A DNA stretch of 64,000 bases from Neoconidiobolus thromboides FSU 785. Its lineage: Eukaryota > Fungi > Entomophthoromycota. Positions 38,480 to 50,060 of this stretch are shown in pieces (positions within the stretch are counted from its first letter, which is position 1; the number at the start of each line of letters is the position of its first letter). The stretch lies in contig MU626335.1 in NCBI GenBank assembly GCA_025603075.1, positions 1-64,000 on the forward strand, in the 5' to 3' direction. The notes under the pieces are model-generated. The model worked only from the letters and a program-made list of their open reading frames with translations, made no database searches and had not been told where the DNA came from. The position numbers and the translations under genes are program-made.

Positions 38480-38803
38480 ATGTATGTGTATAGAAGTAGA
38501 ATTCAACTAAACCCAAAACAAAACTACGTGTTGAGCTCCTACTATTTAATCGATCCAAGGCCATGTCGGGAACTAGTGGACCAAATAGCTTTGGATGCTG
38601 GCTTGCCAGTCAAAACGGTGCGTACCTGGTTCACAAATAAACGTGGTAGAACCAAGAAGTCTCTACAAGGTAAAGGTAGTCAAACATCAAGTGGTAGCAC
38701 AACCCCTTGTGACCTTAAAGAATCATACACTCAGTCTGATGTAAATATTGTGGGAAAGCATCGCTCAAGTAACATGCTTAGCCTTCATAACATCTTAAAT
38801 TAA
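38480..38803 (+). CDS. Small homeodomain protein (WFTNKR)
   Basis: RSRIQLNPKQNYVLSSYYLIDPRPCRELVDQIALDAGLPVKTVRTWFTNKRGR is a canonical homeodomain; first in-frame ATG at 38480; C-terminal LSLHNILN. Confidence 0.85.
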   Translation: MYVYRSRIQLNPKQNYVLSSYYLIDPRPCRELVDQIALDAGLPVKTVRTWFTNKRGRTKKSLQGKGSQTSSGSTTPCDLKESYTQSDVNIVGKHRSSNMLSLHNILN

Positions 38804-40839
38804 GGGGTTGCTATCAGTCATCTTGGCTAAAAATTATTATTATTGTCTAATATTCTCCCAGTTTAAATTATTTGTGTTATTATAATAAATATATATTCAG
38901 TTATGTGTTTTGGCTAAATTTTATTTTTATAATTGACATACTATTTTAAAATATACTTAAGCTAGAATAGAACGGGTACCTTTATGTAATATTCATTCTT
39001 AACTTTACATAGAAATTTTCTTTAGAATTTAGTATCCTAAACGAAAATACTAAATACTGAATTTTGGTCTCATTTTTAAAATAAGCAAATTTTAATATGA
39101 TGAATTGTATAAAGTACAGATAGTTTCTTTAGGTTAATAGTTACTAGTTAGTTTTAAATTGAGTGTGATAGCTTATCAATTTTAAAAATAACCGTATATT
39201 CGAATATCTACCTATTAATTAAATAATATTTATAGAACAAACATTCTATATCATCATAAAAACTAGAATTTTCTAAATATAATTCTAATATACAAAAATT
39301 TGCTACTGTACTTTATTCAAATTATTGGCTCCAATCATAAATTGAACTTACTCAATTCCAAAATCCTGATTTCAAAAGTCTTATAAGAATTCCATTAATT
39401 TATTACATAACAGTTCATAATCACAAAAAAATAATTGCATTAGAACACAATGAGTTCCATCAATTTTAAAAAAAATTAAGCTCAAATGTTAACTTATTAA
39501 CATACCACATGCAAATGTGTGAACATTTAATAAGTCGATTTTGACTTTTTTATTATGAATTGAATAATAATGTTTATCAATTATATATGATCTAAGTTCA
39601 CAATCGTAACATAAGTTTGGTCATCTACTGCTACCTTGTGTAATGGGAACAGTATATAATATGTCTATTCTCAATACATTTTAATATTTTTTATTTTATA
39701 ATCCTTGATTTGTAACTATTTGGCTTTTATAAATTAGGCAAATAATCGTTTATCCGTGGTAAATACCTAACTGTTATATTAAATCATCCAAAATATGATA
39801 TATTACAGTCTTTCTGTATCAAACTGTCACATATTTGCTAACTAATTCTTAAACTCAAAGTTCTCTACTCTTACCTGACTTTAAATTAATCAACCGTATT
39901 GTATAGCTAATCATAGTATCAATTTGATATAAAGTTACTACAGCAATAAAAGCATTCTCAATCCAGACATATTATTTATCAAAAAGCTATACGAAGCACA
40001 GTCATACCGCAGCTTCATATACAACCAGCTTTCATGAATATCTACAAACTCTTGCCATAAATACCAAAATAAGCTATTTCAGAGTATCAGCGAGCATTTA
40101 ATTATTATATTTTTAGTCCTTGATTTCTATTTTCGAACTTTTTCTTTTTAAACTTGATACGGAAACATGTTTTGTAGAAAATTTATTATGTAGGTTAATT
40201 TTTATTTTCCATCTTGGCGCAATCAACGGATGGTGCTTAAATAACAAGTTACAGTTTAAGTATTATTGTGGCACTTATAGTATAATGGTACTAAAATAAC
40301 TTTTTATAAGGAAAAAAATAAGCAGATGGATTTATTTAAAAATGTGTGTATTAAAAATATTAGCTTTAGTTAAGACTAAAATTAAATAAAATCTTTTTCA
40401 TGAAATCAAATTCAAAAATAAGAGTTCAATAAAATTTATAATAAAATTCTTTTCTATTTCTTATTTACATGTAAGCTATAAATAAAATATAATAAAATGT
40501 TTATTCTATGAAAACATCTTTATTTTAATTGGTTGTACTAGGAATATCTTTTAATATGAATTAGTGGTATACAGAATAAACACAATGTTAGAGATTTGAC
40601 TTGTTTAATTCTTTTATAAAAATAACCCGTCTATGGTGTACTATTAGTTAATACACTTTAGTTAAAAATAATAAGTGTAGGGTATATCATTTATTTATTG
40701 ATAATAATTTAAAATTAAGTTACCATGTTTATTTATTTATAATTATACTTTACAAATGGATAAATTGCAAAAAATTGTACTATTTGAGTTTTTAATATTA
40801 ATACTTCTCTAAAGAATAAAAGCAGTAATATATTCGAGT

Positions 40840-42272
40840 TTATAACTGGCTTTTATTTAAAAACGAATATTCATAAACACTTAACCTTGAATTTGAATAT
40901 TCTTTTTCGTCATCATAAGAATTATGCCTTGAGCCAGCGGTAGTAAGTAAGTAAGGTAAATTGGGATGAAACTGAGTTGTAGAGACAGTGTCATTATGAA
41001 TGGAGCTATTGAATATTTCATTTTCACTTTTCTTGTCATCATCATTTTGCTTTGTGATATCAAACAATTTAACTTGCCCTTCTTGGTCTCCGGTAATAAG
41101 ATACTGTTGAAATAGATCAAAATAAACTCTCTGATCCGAATACAATTTTCTATAATATTCTGTAATACAATATTTAGGATACCTTAAATCAAATAAAACT
41201 ATATTAGAGCTACGCCTTGATCCTATAACTATATAATGATCATCATAAAATTGAGTCTTTGTCACACCTTTTATACTTTCATGATTTAATATTACTTTAG
41301 CTTGATTTAAGTGACTGGTTTCGTTTGGATTATAAATACCAACACTACCTCCGAAGCTTCCTGCTGCATAATAGTTAAAACTCGGGTTAAAGCTTATGCT
41401 ACTTATAATTCCCTTTTGTCCATCTTTACTTTTTCTTGTTCCTATTGTTTTTTGTTTAATTCCTTGCTTTTCAGGTCGAGTTATATCTATTATTTCTATT
41501 TGATTAAAATAGCCACAATATAACCTAAGCAATGGTTGATTAAAGTAGAATTAATGAATAGGAAAAATCAATACTTTGTACCGCTACTATCAAATGTCAT
41601 ACAGTTTGGGCCGATATACCTTTCTCTATGATCTATTATTGAATAAGAAGCTCTAGTCTATTATTTAAATACATGATTGTACTTTTTAAGTTAATTTTAT
41701 ACCTTTCCAGTTATTCCGTCTATTAAGTGAATTGGATTGTCTGTACTTCCAATCAAAAAGCAATTTGTTATCTCATCTAATCATATTTAATCAAATATAT
41801 AAATAAAGGGTAGTATGTTACCTTGTATATTCATGTAGGGATACCAAACCATAGAACAAGTTGGGACTGGTCTTGAAATCGAAAAGCTTGGTTTTAATTC
41901 TACTGTCATTTAGAAACAAATTGGATTTAAATCTTGTTATTAAATATGATTTACTATTATCTTCCTGTTTATTAGTTAAATTCGAACTAAACAAGTTAAT
42001 TTATTTATCTATTATAATATTTATTTATTAATTTTAGTTACCTATTAAGTACAGTTATATTTTTATCACTTCTATCACTTAGTATTCTTGAGCCATCCGG
42101 GGACCTTTATGCTTCTAATAAGTTAAATTCTAAATCTTTCATTTTGTTTTACCATATTGCATGTTTAAAAAAATGGCCTTATATTATTTGTTATTCACTA
42201 TACTAAATATTAAATATTGGATTTACTTGAGATATCTATTTCTATATATGATTTATCTTTTAAACTGAACAT
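40840..42272 (-). CDS. WRAP53: WD40 protein, telomerase Cajal body protein 1 (TCAB1/WDR79/Swt21) homolog, spliced
   Basis: Last exon has KDGQKGIISSISF, YAAGSFGGSVGIY, GSRRSSNIVLFDLR, DQRVYFDL, HPNLPYLLTTAGSR; upstream exons give FFKHAIW|SPDGSRILS. Start at 42272 and intermediate exons inferred by eye. Confidence 0.82.
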
Positions 42273-42436
42273 TGATAAATTAAAAAAGTAATCCAATTTT
42301 TGCTCTACTAAATTATTGTATTAGAAAATAGATCAAATAAAAAGAATTTATTTAAATAAGGTAAATATAATGACTAAGATATATACAAGAAAGAAAAGAA
42401 TAATAAATAGATAATGATTTAAAATTTATAAATTAA

Positions 42437-43372
42437 TTATTCTAAGATAGGGGAATTAGGGGTAGTAGTATTATGTTCACTTGAGTTATTTGAGCTGCTT
42501 TTAGATACCGATTCTTCAATATTTTCCAAATTCCAAACATTATCATCAAACGGAATGGATCGAATTAATTTTATTTCCTTTTTATCCTTATTAATTAACA
42601 AGGTCTCATTATTATTATTGTCTAGATCATTTTGATTATGATTCACACCACTGTTATTACGGTCATTATATTTAACATTGTTCCGATTGTAGAAGCTCTT
42701 TACTAATAGGGTTAAAAAGGTATTGTCATTTTCCGGATGCATAAATTGAAATAAAAACAAAGATAATAATTTAACATGATCATAAAAGGGCCATAGTCTT
42801 AATAAAACTCGATCCATAGGTTTTATTAACTTTAAAGTACCATAGTAACACCAATATTTTAGCCAAAACCTCTGATTCATATTATTCTTACTACTCTGTT
42901 CTTTATTAATTATTGAATAAAAAGAAGATAATATTGGATAAACAAATTGAATAAATAACCAAAAATATTTCTTATTGACTTTATAAAACCTTTTTAATAA
43001 ATATACCTTGGTTAATACCCCAATTATGTCTAAATAAAATGGCGAAAAATACAAATAATTATAATAGCTATAATTATTTCTTGTTATTCTATTGTATTCT
43101 TGTTTTAACTGGTCCTGTTGTTGATAAATCCTATCCATTAAGCTTCGGATTTCTTTTGGCACTTGGTGTTTGATCCATTCTATTAAACTCAAAAAAAATC
43201 CTAATCCCATTTTTTCCCGCTTATTTTCCATTACTCCATGATTATTTACATCTTCTATATTATCACTTTCATCTATATTGTTATTATTGTTTAGCGCTAG
43301 CTGTAGTTCCGATTCATTAACCAACTCCATTTGATTTAAAAATTTATAAAAGAACAAATTACTGACATCCAC
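42437..43372 (-). CDS. TB2/DP1/HVA22 (Yop1/REEP-like) domain membrane protein
   Basis: RFWLKYWCYYGTLKLIKPMDRVLLRLWPFYDHVKLLSLFLF matches the family pattern WLxYW...PFY..K. 5' end uncertain (GTG start; possible upstream exon). Confidence 0.6.
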   Translation of the reverse strand: MDVSNLFFYKFLNQMELVNESELQLALNNNNNIDESDNIEDVNNHGVMENKREKMGLGFFLSLIEWIKHQVPKEIRSLMDRIYQQQDQLKQEYNRITRNNYSYYNYLYFSPFYLDIIGVLTKVYLLKRFYKVNKKYFWLFIQFVYPILSSFYSIINKEQSSKNNMNQRFWLKYWCYYGTLKLIKPMDRVLLRLWPFYDHVKLLSLFLFQFMHPENDNTFLTLLVKSFYNRNNVKYNDRNNSGVNHNQNDLDNNNNETLLINKDKKEIKLIRSIPFDDNVWNLENIEESVSKSSSNNSSEHNTTTPNSPILE

Positions 43373-44237
43373 TGTTTATTTTTTAAGGATTATAAAATGA
43401 AACACCAACTTGCTTTATTATTCAAGTAAGAAAACCAGCTTCTAGTCAAGTCATGGAAACATTGTTTATTTTTTGGATTTCTTTTTTATTATTGGTTTTT
43501 GGTATGCAAGTTTCACATGTTGGGGCTCTTTTTTTCAAAGTATTACTGAATTTTTGTTCATCCAATCATCCTTTTCTCCCGATTATTTAAGTGGCTTTAT
43601 TGGCCACTATAGTAACTAAGTAGTTTAAATAGGAATTAGTTCTATTTTTTATTTATAAAGTAAAGAATGTTGGTTATACAAATACTAACATTTAAATATA
43701 CTTATTTTAATACTTGTAATAATAAATTATAAGTAAGTCAAATCAAATATTAGCAGAAGTGAGCCATTGTCTATCAGATATAAAATATTTTCAAAATCAA
43801 TGTAAAGCTTCTATACGAACATAGAAATAACTTATTCACTATACTGATCAAATTATGAATCAAAATTACTTGTGATAAAATAAGACAAAACCTTCTGTTG
43901 GCCACAGTCAAGAAGAGTAAGGGTCTTTTTCCTTACTAATTTTTGCAGTTTTTCTTACAGATAAAAAAGGTGTCATTCAAAAAAAGATTATCTAAGCTCT
44001 TCAAGCTTAGAAATTAAAATCATGTCAGAAATTTATTATTTTTTTAAATTTTATATATCAAAATGAAATTAATAATAAATAAAGCTATCAATGTTAAAAG
44101 GTAATATATAAGCCAAATAATTATAATTGAGTAATCTTGAGATTTAAAAACTAATATTTCCAGTGATTATCTAATAAGTTTTTATTGAAGAATATATAAA
44201 AAAGTATTTTTAATTTTATTTGAATCAAAATTTGATC

Positions 44238-44341
44238 ATATGTAGATGTAATTTGTTTAAAAATCTTACTAACAATCTTTCCGTTTAAATAATGCTTAAA
44301 TAATTGAAGAAGTGACGAAATCAAAAAAGCACCCCTAATAT
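44238..44341 (+). mobile_element. MITE-like family 1, copy 18 (diverged)
   Basis: ATATGTAGATG...GCACCCCTAATAT. Confidence 0.68.
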
Positions 44342-44474
44342 TAATAAAATCTTGGGATAAAATTAAAGCTTTAAATTGAAAATTGATTCCTTTCCGAACG
44401 GGATGAAAATACGCAAAAAGACTCCTATTCTTCTTAATTGTGACCTTTTTATTTAAATTAGTATGAATGTCAGC

Positions 44475-44581
44475 ATATGGGGATGTATTTTTGTGTTTAA
44501 GAATTTTATTAGCAATTTTTCCACTCAGGTAGTGCTTAAAAGATGGAAAAAGTAATGAAATAGAAAAAAACATCTCCATAT
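44475..44581 (+). mobile_element. MITE-like family 1, copy 19
   Basis: ATATGGGGATG...CATCTCCATAT. Confidence 0.85.
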
Positions 44582-44886
44582 AATAATATAATACCCTATA
44601 TAATTTACTTTCTATTTAGAGTGTTATATATGAAATTATTTTAGATGTACTAAAATAAAACGGATGTTTTAAAAGCTCAATGTTTCCAATAAAATTAGAA
44701 GAAAAGAATTATTTATTTTGTCACTATACTGTTTTCCTCACTATGTATTTAGCATTATTGATATACATTTATTTTATTTCTTTTTGATTTATTTTTTTGG
44801 AAGATAAAAACTAAGTACATATTAATCCAAGCAACTCTGTAAATTCAAAGCTAAGGTAAGTTTTTTGGAGTAGTTTAACTTTTAAC

Positions 44887-46026
44887 TTAGACATTGGATC
44901 TATTGTTAAATAAAATAAATCTGAACAATGATCCAGGGTATATCCCATAATAATAGTGTATAGAATAGGCTCCTGACTTTAAGCCATCTAACCACAATCT
45001 TATTAGATTGGCTCTACTTCTTTCAAATACTTTCTCAATTTTTAAAATATACTTCATTTTATAACTGTAAGTGGTTTCTAAATCAATTAATTCTTTCAAT
45101 TGAGAAATGGAAGCCGCTATTTTACTAGTCATATTATCACACTCATATACGACTAAAATCCGAAGCTTTGGTGCTATTTTTTCAAAAGTAGCAATACATT
45201 TCAAATCAATCAAAATAGTCCCACAGAAGATTACAAGTACCTCAAAAGGATAGTTAAAAACGGTTCAAAAATAGACTAGTTAAACTAAGAAAATAGATGA
45301 AACCAATTAAAAGCTCATAATCTAGAGTGTAAAAATTTAAATATAAAACTCCTAACAATTTAACTGTATGACTTTGAAATAGGACCCAACTCTGTTTATT
45401 TGATTTTGTAAATAATCTCAAATCTTGTAAATTCGTACAATTAATTAGTATTAGTTCTATGTATCGAAGCTCAAAATTTCTACTGTATAGATGTATACCC
45501 TTGATCTTTCTTGATATATTCGGCAATAGAAAACCTAACATAATTATCAACTTTGTCTGTATTTAATGAGGTCACCTTTTTGAGTAGTTACTTCGGTTGT
45601 ATATCACATAGTAAGCTTTCATTTCCCCTTTGGTTTAAAATTTGTTCCTTACTGTCATTGTAGTCTAATTCTGTTAGACTTAAATTCTTATGTTTCTCTA
45701 AATTCAAGAAAATAATGCTTTGAAGTTATAAACATAGTGGTAGCATTTTTACAATGCTTTAAATTATACTTGATATATGCTCCATCCTTTATTCATAACA
45801 TTTTGATATATTTACCATACTTCGTGAGTATTTTTCTCATTAGCTTGAGTTTTCTTCCTCCATAGGATGAATCTAAATCTTCTTAGATCACTGGTATAGA
45901 TGCTTTATTTTGCCCTTTATAAACAAATAAAAGTTTGAAAGCATCTCTGATTTGTAATAATTCCGTTATCTCCTTTAATATAACGCTTATTAGCTTTCTT
46001 AATTGGAATCTAAATCCTTGCATCAT
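44887..46026 (-). pseudogene. Decayed F-box/LRR-like gene
   Basis: From ATG at 46026: F-box-like ILKEITELLQIRDAFKLLFV, then KYGKYIKML with several in-frame stops; LRR-like fragments CTNLQDLRL, APKLRILVVYEC, LKELIDLE. Confidence 0.55.
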
Positions 46027-46852
46027 AGCTTAAAAAAGAGTAAAAGAAGTTTAAAAACGGGCTTTTACATTACTATGTTTATTAGTGTTTATGATTTATT
46101 TTTTGATTCACTAATAAGAATCCATAATTTGATATAAGAACATTTAAATGATTTTATGCAATTTATAATATTGCTAATTTATAAAATTAAGTATTTTGCT
46201 ATTGTCATTTCATAACATTTTGATTTTATTTAAATGTTTGATTTTATTTAAAAATATTTATTTTGATAACTCTACTATAATAGAAACTAAATATTTATGA
46301 AGATTTTATATTGCCTACATGTAGGTAGCATCATTTCAACTATTTTACAAAGTAGAAAAAATGTATATTTTGAATTGCCTATTTGAATCCAAGGCTATAA
46401 AAAGAAAAAAGTATAGTGCTTTATTAGTAAATTAAAACACAAATAGCAGTTAAAAGACATACTAAATAAACAATATAATTTCACATTAGACTTAAAACAA
46501 TAAATTATTTTTATAAATAGCTTATATAAATTTAAAAATTTAAAAACTATAGATAGTTCAAAAAAGTATAATAGCAAAATTTTATAGGTATGAAATTGAT
46601 AGGCCAAATTTTGAATTTTATTACTAATTTTGTATTACTAACTTAATTATCCCTTCTGATAATTATTACATTAACCAATATAACAGTTAATAAACTATAA
46701 TCACTTAACTATTTGTAATGATTTTTCATAAAACAACTGAAAGCTTAATAACCTAAAAAAAATCAAAGTAATATTACAACCATATAGTAACTTGAGAGCT
46801 TATGCGAAAAGATACTAGACTATTTAAAAGTACTTTATACATAATTGAAAAT

Positions 46853-46956
46853 ATTTGGAGATATTTTTTTGGCTTGATCACTTTTTCCATTTTTCAAGCA
46901 CTATTTCAGTGGAAAGATCATTAATAAATTCCTTAAACAAAAAATACATCCCCATT
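46853..46956 (-). mobile_element. MITE-like family 1, copy 20
   Basis: ATTTGGAGATA...CATCCCCATT. Confidence 0.8.
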
Positions 46957-47557
46957 TGGATTTGATAATAAGGTTTAAATATGTAGACAACACCAGTATA
47001 ACAATTTCTGCTTAATAATTCTAAACTTTATATCAATGTATTTCCACTTAGCAAATTTTCAAAATACGTTATATCTTTTGGTTATTGTCTATTTTTAAAA
47101 GTAATATTGTTCACTTATTAGTTTAATATCAATAATTTGTATTTAAATTAACTAAGAAAGAGGAAAATATTTATTTCAGTCTTTGTAAAAATCGATTCTA
47201 AATTGATAATGCTTGAATTTTGATTGTTAAAATGTATAAAAAAATGAAATTTTATATTATATGAGTTACAATGTATTATGTAACAGTTCAAATTACTAAT
47301 TTGTCGCTTACATAATAAAACGTAATACTATTTTTTAAGCTCAGTTTCAAAATTAAGTCACTTTATGAAATTCGAAATATTCGAAATATATTATATCTAT
47401 ATTCACATATAAATATAAAGAGAATGAATAGAATAAAAAGCAAGTATAAATTTTAATAAATTAAACTGTATCCAAGAAGATTTTTTACAGTTTCATAAAA
47501 AAAATAAACAATATCAGTTATTTATTTTGTCGGATATCAAAAATCAACAAAATTTAA

Positions 47558-48112
47558 ATGTTTCCAAATATTAATTTGACTTCTAACAACAATATTATTG
47601 TAGAACATAATGGTAATATGTTGGAACGTAATAACAATATATCATGTAATAATGTGCTTATGGATAATGATTTAAAAGAAAGAGATCTCAATTACTCCAA
47701 TATTCCTCCCCAATCTCAATTTGTAACGAACAATTATAACTGTAGCTCTATTACCGGATTGACGTTATTATACACATTTGATACGTTGGATTTATTATTT
47801 ATACAATTATTTAGCTCCATGAATAATGGATTGATATTGAATTATTTTAATGAAAGCGAAATGGAATATTTTAAACAAAATAGGCACCAACCAATATATA
47901 ATTTTATATTATTAAAATTACTATACACTTCATTAAATTTGTATTTAAAACCAGAGCATGCCACTAAATCTATTCTTTATTTAAATCATATTGTATTGTT
48001 TTTAGAACATTATCAAAGATGTATATATAAATATGAATTAGATTCTATTCAAGAAAGTTATTTAAATCGTGTTTTATTAATTCCATTTGTTCCTTATGCT
48101 TATTTTGAATAA
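47558..48112 (+). CDS. Uncharacterised protein, orphan family member 3
   Basis: 184-aa ATG ORF; EMEYFKQNRHQPIYNFILL motif shared with 11713 and 30695 ORFs. Confidence 0.68.
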   Translation: MFPNINLTSNNNIIVEHNGNMLERNNNISCNNVLMDNDLKERDLNYSNIPPQSQFVTNNYNCSSITGLTLLYTFDTLDLLFIQLFSSMNNGLILNYFNESEMEYFKQNRHQPIYNFILLKLLYTSLNLYLKPEHATKSILYLNHIVLFLEHYQRCIYKYELDSIQESYLNRVLLIPFVPYAYFE

Positions 48113-48304
48113 TGTTTTTATATAATAAACCAAAATAAAGGTTTTGATTACAAGTATGAATCTAGTATAATAATGTATTATGAATAGTTTAAATGTAAAA
48201 ATTGCAATTGATTTAAATAATTTTATTTTTAATACAAATATAAATAAAGAGTAATATTGATTCAAGAGATTAATAATAACTACAAATTTTGTGTTATTAC
48301 TAAC

Positions 48305-49468
48305 TTATAGTAATCCACCTAATAATCCACCGCTTTGTCTTTGACCTTGTTTTTGACTCCCAGTGCCAAGAAGATTATTAACAAAACCTCCAAATAAACT
48401 ATTAGGTCCTAATAAACCATTTATGAGACCTCCACTTGATTGAGTTTGGGATTGGGATTGTCCAGAGCTTCCAGTAGAACCTTGATTATAATTATAAGGA
48501 TAGTTTCCATAATTACCGTATGGATAACCCCCATAATTGTATCCGTAATTTCCATAATAATTCGATGGATAATTTCCATAATTGTATGAGTATCCGTTAG
48601 ATGGATTGGTCCCAAATTGAAATCCTCCATTGCTATTACCACCACTTACACTTTGAGATCCACTACCAAATTGGAATCCTCCATTAGTTGGATTACTTCC
48701 AGTTTGGGATCCAGTATTAATTGAGCCACTTACACCTTGTGATCCACTTCCAAATTGAAATCCAACGCTATCAGAGCCAGTCCCACTTTGTGATCCAGGA
48801 TTAGATGAGCTGCTTCCAAATTGGAAACCTCCATTGGCTGGGTTTCCTCCAAATTGAAAACCTACGCTACCAGGGTTGCCTCCATTTTGCGATCCAGGGC
48901 TAGGTGAACCATTTCCACTTTGTGACCCGGGATTAGATGAGCCGCTTCCACTTTGTGACCCAGGATTTGATGAACCATTTCCACTTTGTGACCCAGGGTT
49001 TGATGAACCATTTCCACTTTGTGATCCAGGGTTTGGTGAACCACTCCCGAACTGGAAATCATTATTACCTGGATTTCCTGTAAATTGGAAACCCCCATTT
49101 GTTGGGTCAGCTCCAAATTGGAAACCTATGCCACCAGATCCACTTCCAGCTTGTATACCGGGATTTTGGGGCCCATTTCCGCTTTGTGCACCAGGATTTT
49201 GAGAACTGCTTCCAAACTGGAAGCTTCCACTAGTTGGATCAGCACCAAATTGAAAACCAGCACTAGTAGGATTACCTCCGCTTTGTGCACCAGGGCTTGA
49301 AGAGCCACTTGGACCTTGTGATCCAGAATTAGATGATCCAGCACCAAATTGAAAGCCAGTATTAGGATAACCAAAGCCCTTTTTATCTACTGATGAATCA
49401 GTTTGAATATCACTGAGTGGAATAGCTAATGCAGAAGTTACTAAAGTTATGTAGAGAGGAAAGATCAT
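48305..49468 (-). CDS. Secreted Gly/Ser/Gln-rich repeat protein with FQFG motifs (array member a)
   Basis: Signal MIFPLYITLVTSALA|IP; VDKKGF; 11 FQF(G/T) motifs; 11-aa repeats; Y/N/G block; C-terminal GGLINGLLGPN...GGLLGGLL. Confidence 0.88.
   Translation of the reverse strand: MIFPLYITLVTSALAIPLSDIQTDSSVDKKGFGYPNTGFQFGAGSSNSGSQGPSGSSSPGAQSGGNPTSAGFQFGADPTSGSFQFGSSSQNPGAQSGNGPQNPGIQAGSGSGGIGFQFGADPTNGGFQFTGNPGNNDFQFGSGSPNPGSQSGNGSSNPGSQSGNGSSNPGSQSGSGSSNPGSQSGNGSPSPGSQNGGNPGSVGFQFGGNPANGGFQFGSSSSNPGSQSGTGSDSVGFQFGSGSQGVSGSINTGSQTGSNPTNGGFQFGSGSQSVSGGNSNGGFQFGTNPSNGYSYNYGNYPSNYYGNYGYNYGGYPYGNYGNYPYNYNQGSTGSSGQSQSQTQSSGGLINGLLGPNSLFGGFVNNLLGTGSQKQGQRQSGGLLGGLL
48885..49049 (-). repeat. Coding tandem repeat, 5 x 33 bp (NPGSQSGNGSS)
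   Basis: Units of CTTTGTGACCCAGGGTTTGATGAACCATTTCCA-type, read directly. Confidence 0.9.
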
Positions 49469-49957
49469 AATTGATATTTTTATTCTTTTTTTGATGTTAT
49501 TATAAGTACAATTTTAAGCTGTTTTTATATTGTATTTTCATTAATATCATTTATTTAAAGGCGTTCGATTTCTACACTGGATGTAGTTTTTTTAAAGCCT
49601 CACAAATCAATGAAATCTTGAATTAAAAAAGACATGATTTTTTGATGGGCTTATTTTAACAATTAAAGTAGCCTGGTAAAAAGATTTTATTGATTTACTT
49701 ACTATTACAACTATTTAAGTTTAAATGTTAAATAATAATGATTTTTATAACCACCAATAGTTTACATTGTTGGATTTTGAGTTTTAAAGCATGATTTTAT
49801 TATTAAATGAACAGTTAAGTAGTGCAAATTTGATTTAAACAGTTGTACATCATTCACTTGAATTTCATGCATTGAATCAACTTAAATAAGGTTGATTTTG
49901 CAATAAAAGCCTTAGATTAAATCAAATCAGATCAAATAGTAATTTTGTTCAAGTAAT

Positions 49958-50060
49958 AAATGGGACGAGTTTTTTTGTTTAAGAATTTTATTAAAAATTT
50001 TTTGATTCAAATATTGCTTAAAAAATAGAGAAAGTAATGAAATCAAAAATAACGTTCTCA
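49958..50060 (+). mobile_element. MITE-like family 1, copy 21 (diverged)
   Basis: AAATGGGACGAG...TTTAAGAATTTTATTAAAAATT...AAAGTAATGAAATCAAAAATAACGTTCTCA. Confidence 0.65.

Noticed and set aside
39800-40100. Slightly GC-richer patch; minus strand reads VVYEAAV*LCFV*, faintly like non-LTR RT C-terminal motifs
   Set aside because: No YxDD or other diagnostic motif; would need tBLASTx against Repbase.
40208-40226. CATCTTGGCGCA match to the 5' part of tRNA-iMet
   Set aside because: Only ~12 nt; no cloverleaf or T-arm follows.
44151-44579. 142-aa ORF with an internal repeat (SGKIANKILKHKNTSPY / NGKIVSKIFKQITSTY)
   Set aside because: The repeat comes from reading through two adjacent MITE copies (18 and 19); no protein-like features.
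48876-49202. Cys/Pro repeat ORF (PLCDPGFDEPF)n and other overlapping ORFs at 48421-49374
   Set aside because: Antisense or frame-shifted shadows of the 33-bp repeats in member a, which has the signal peptide and family modules.
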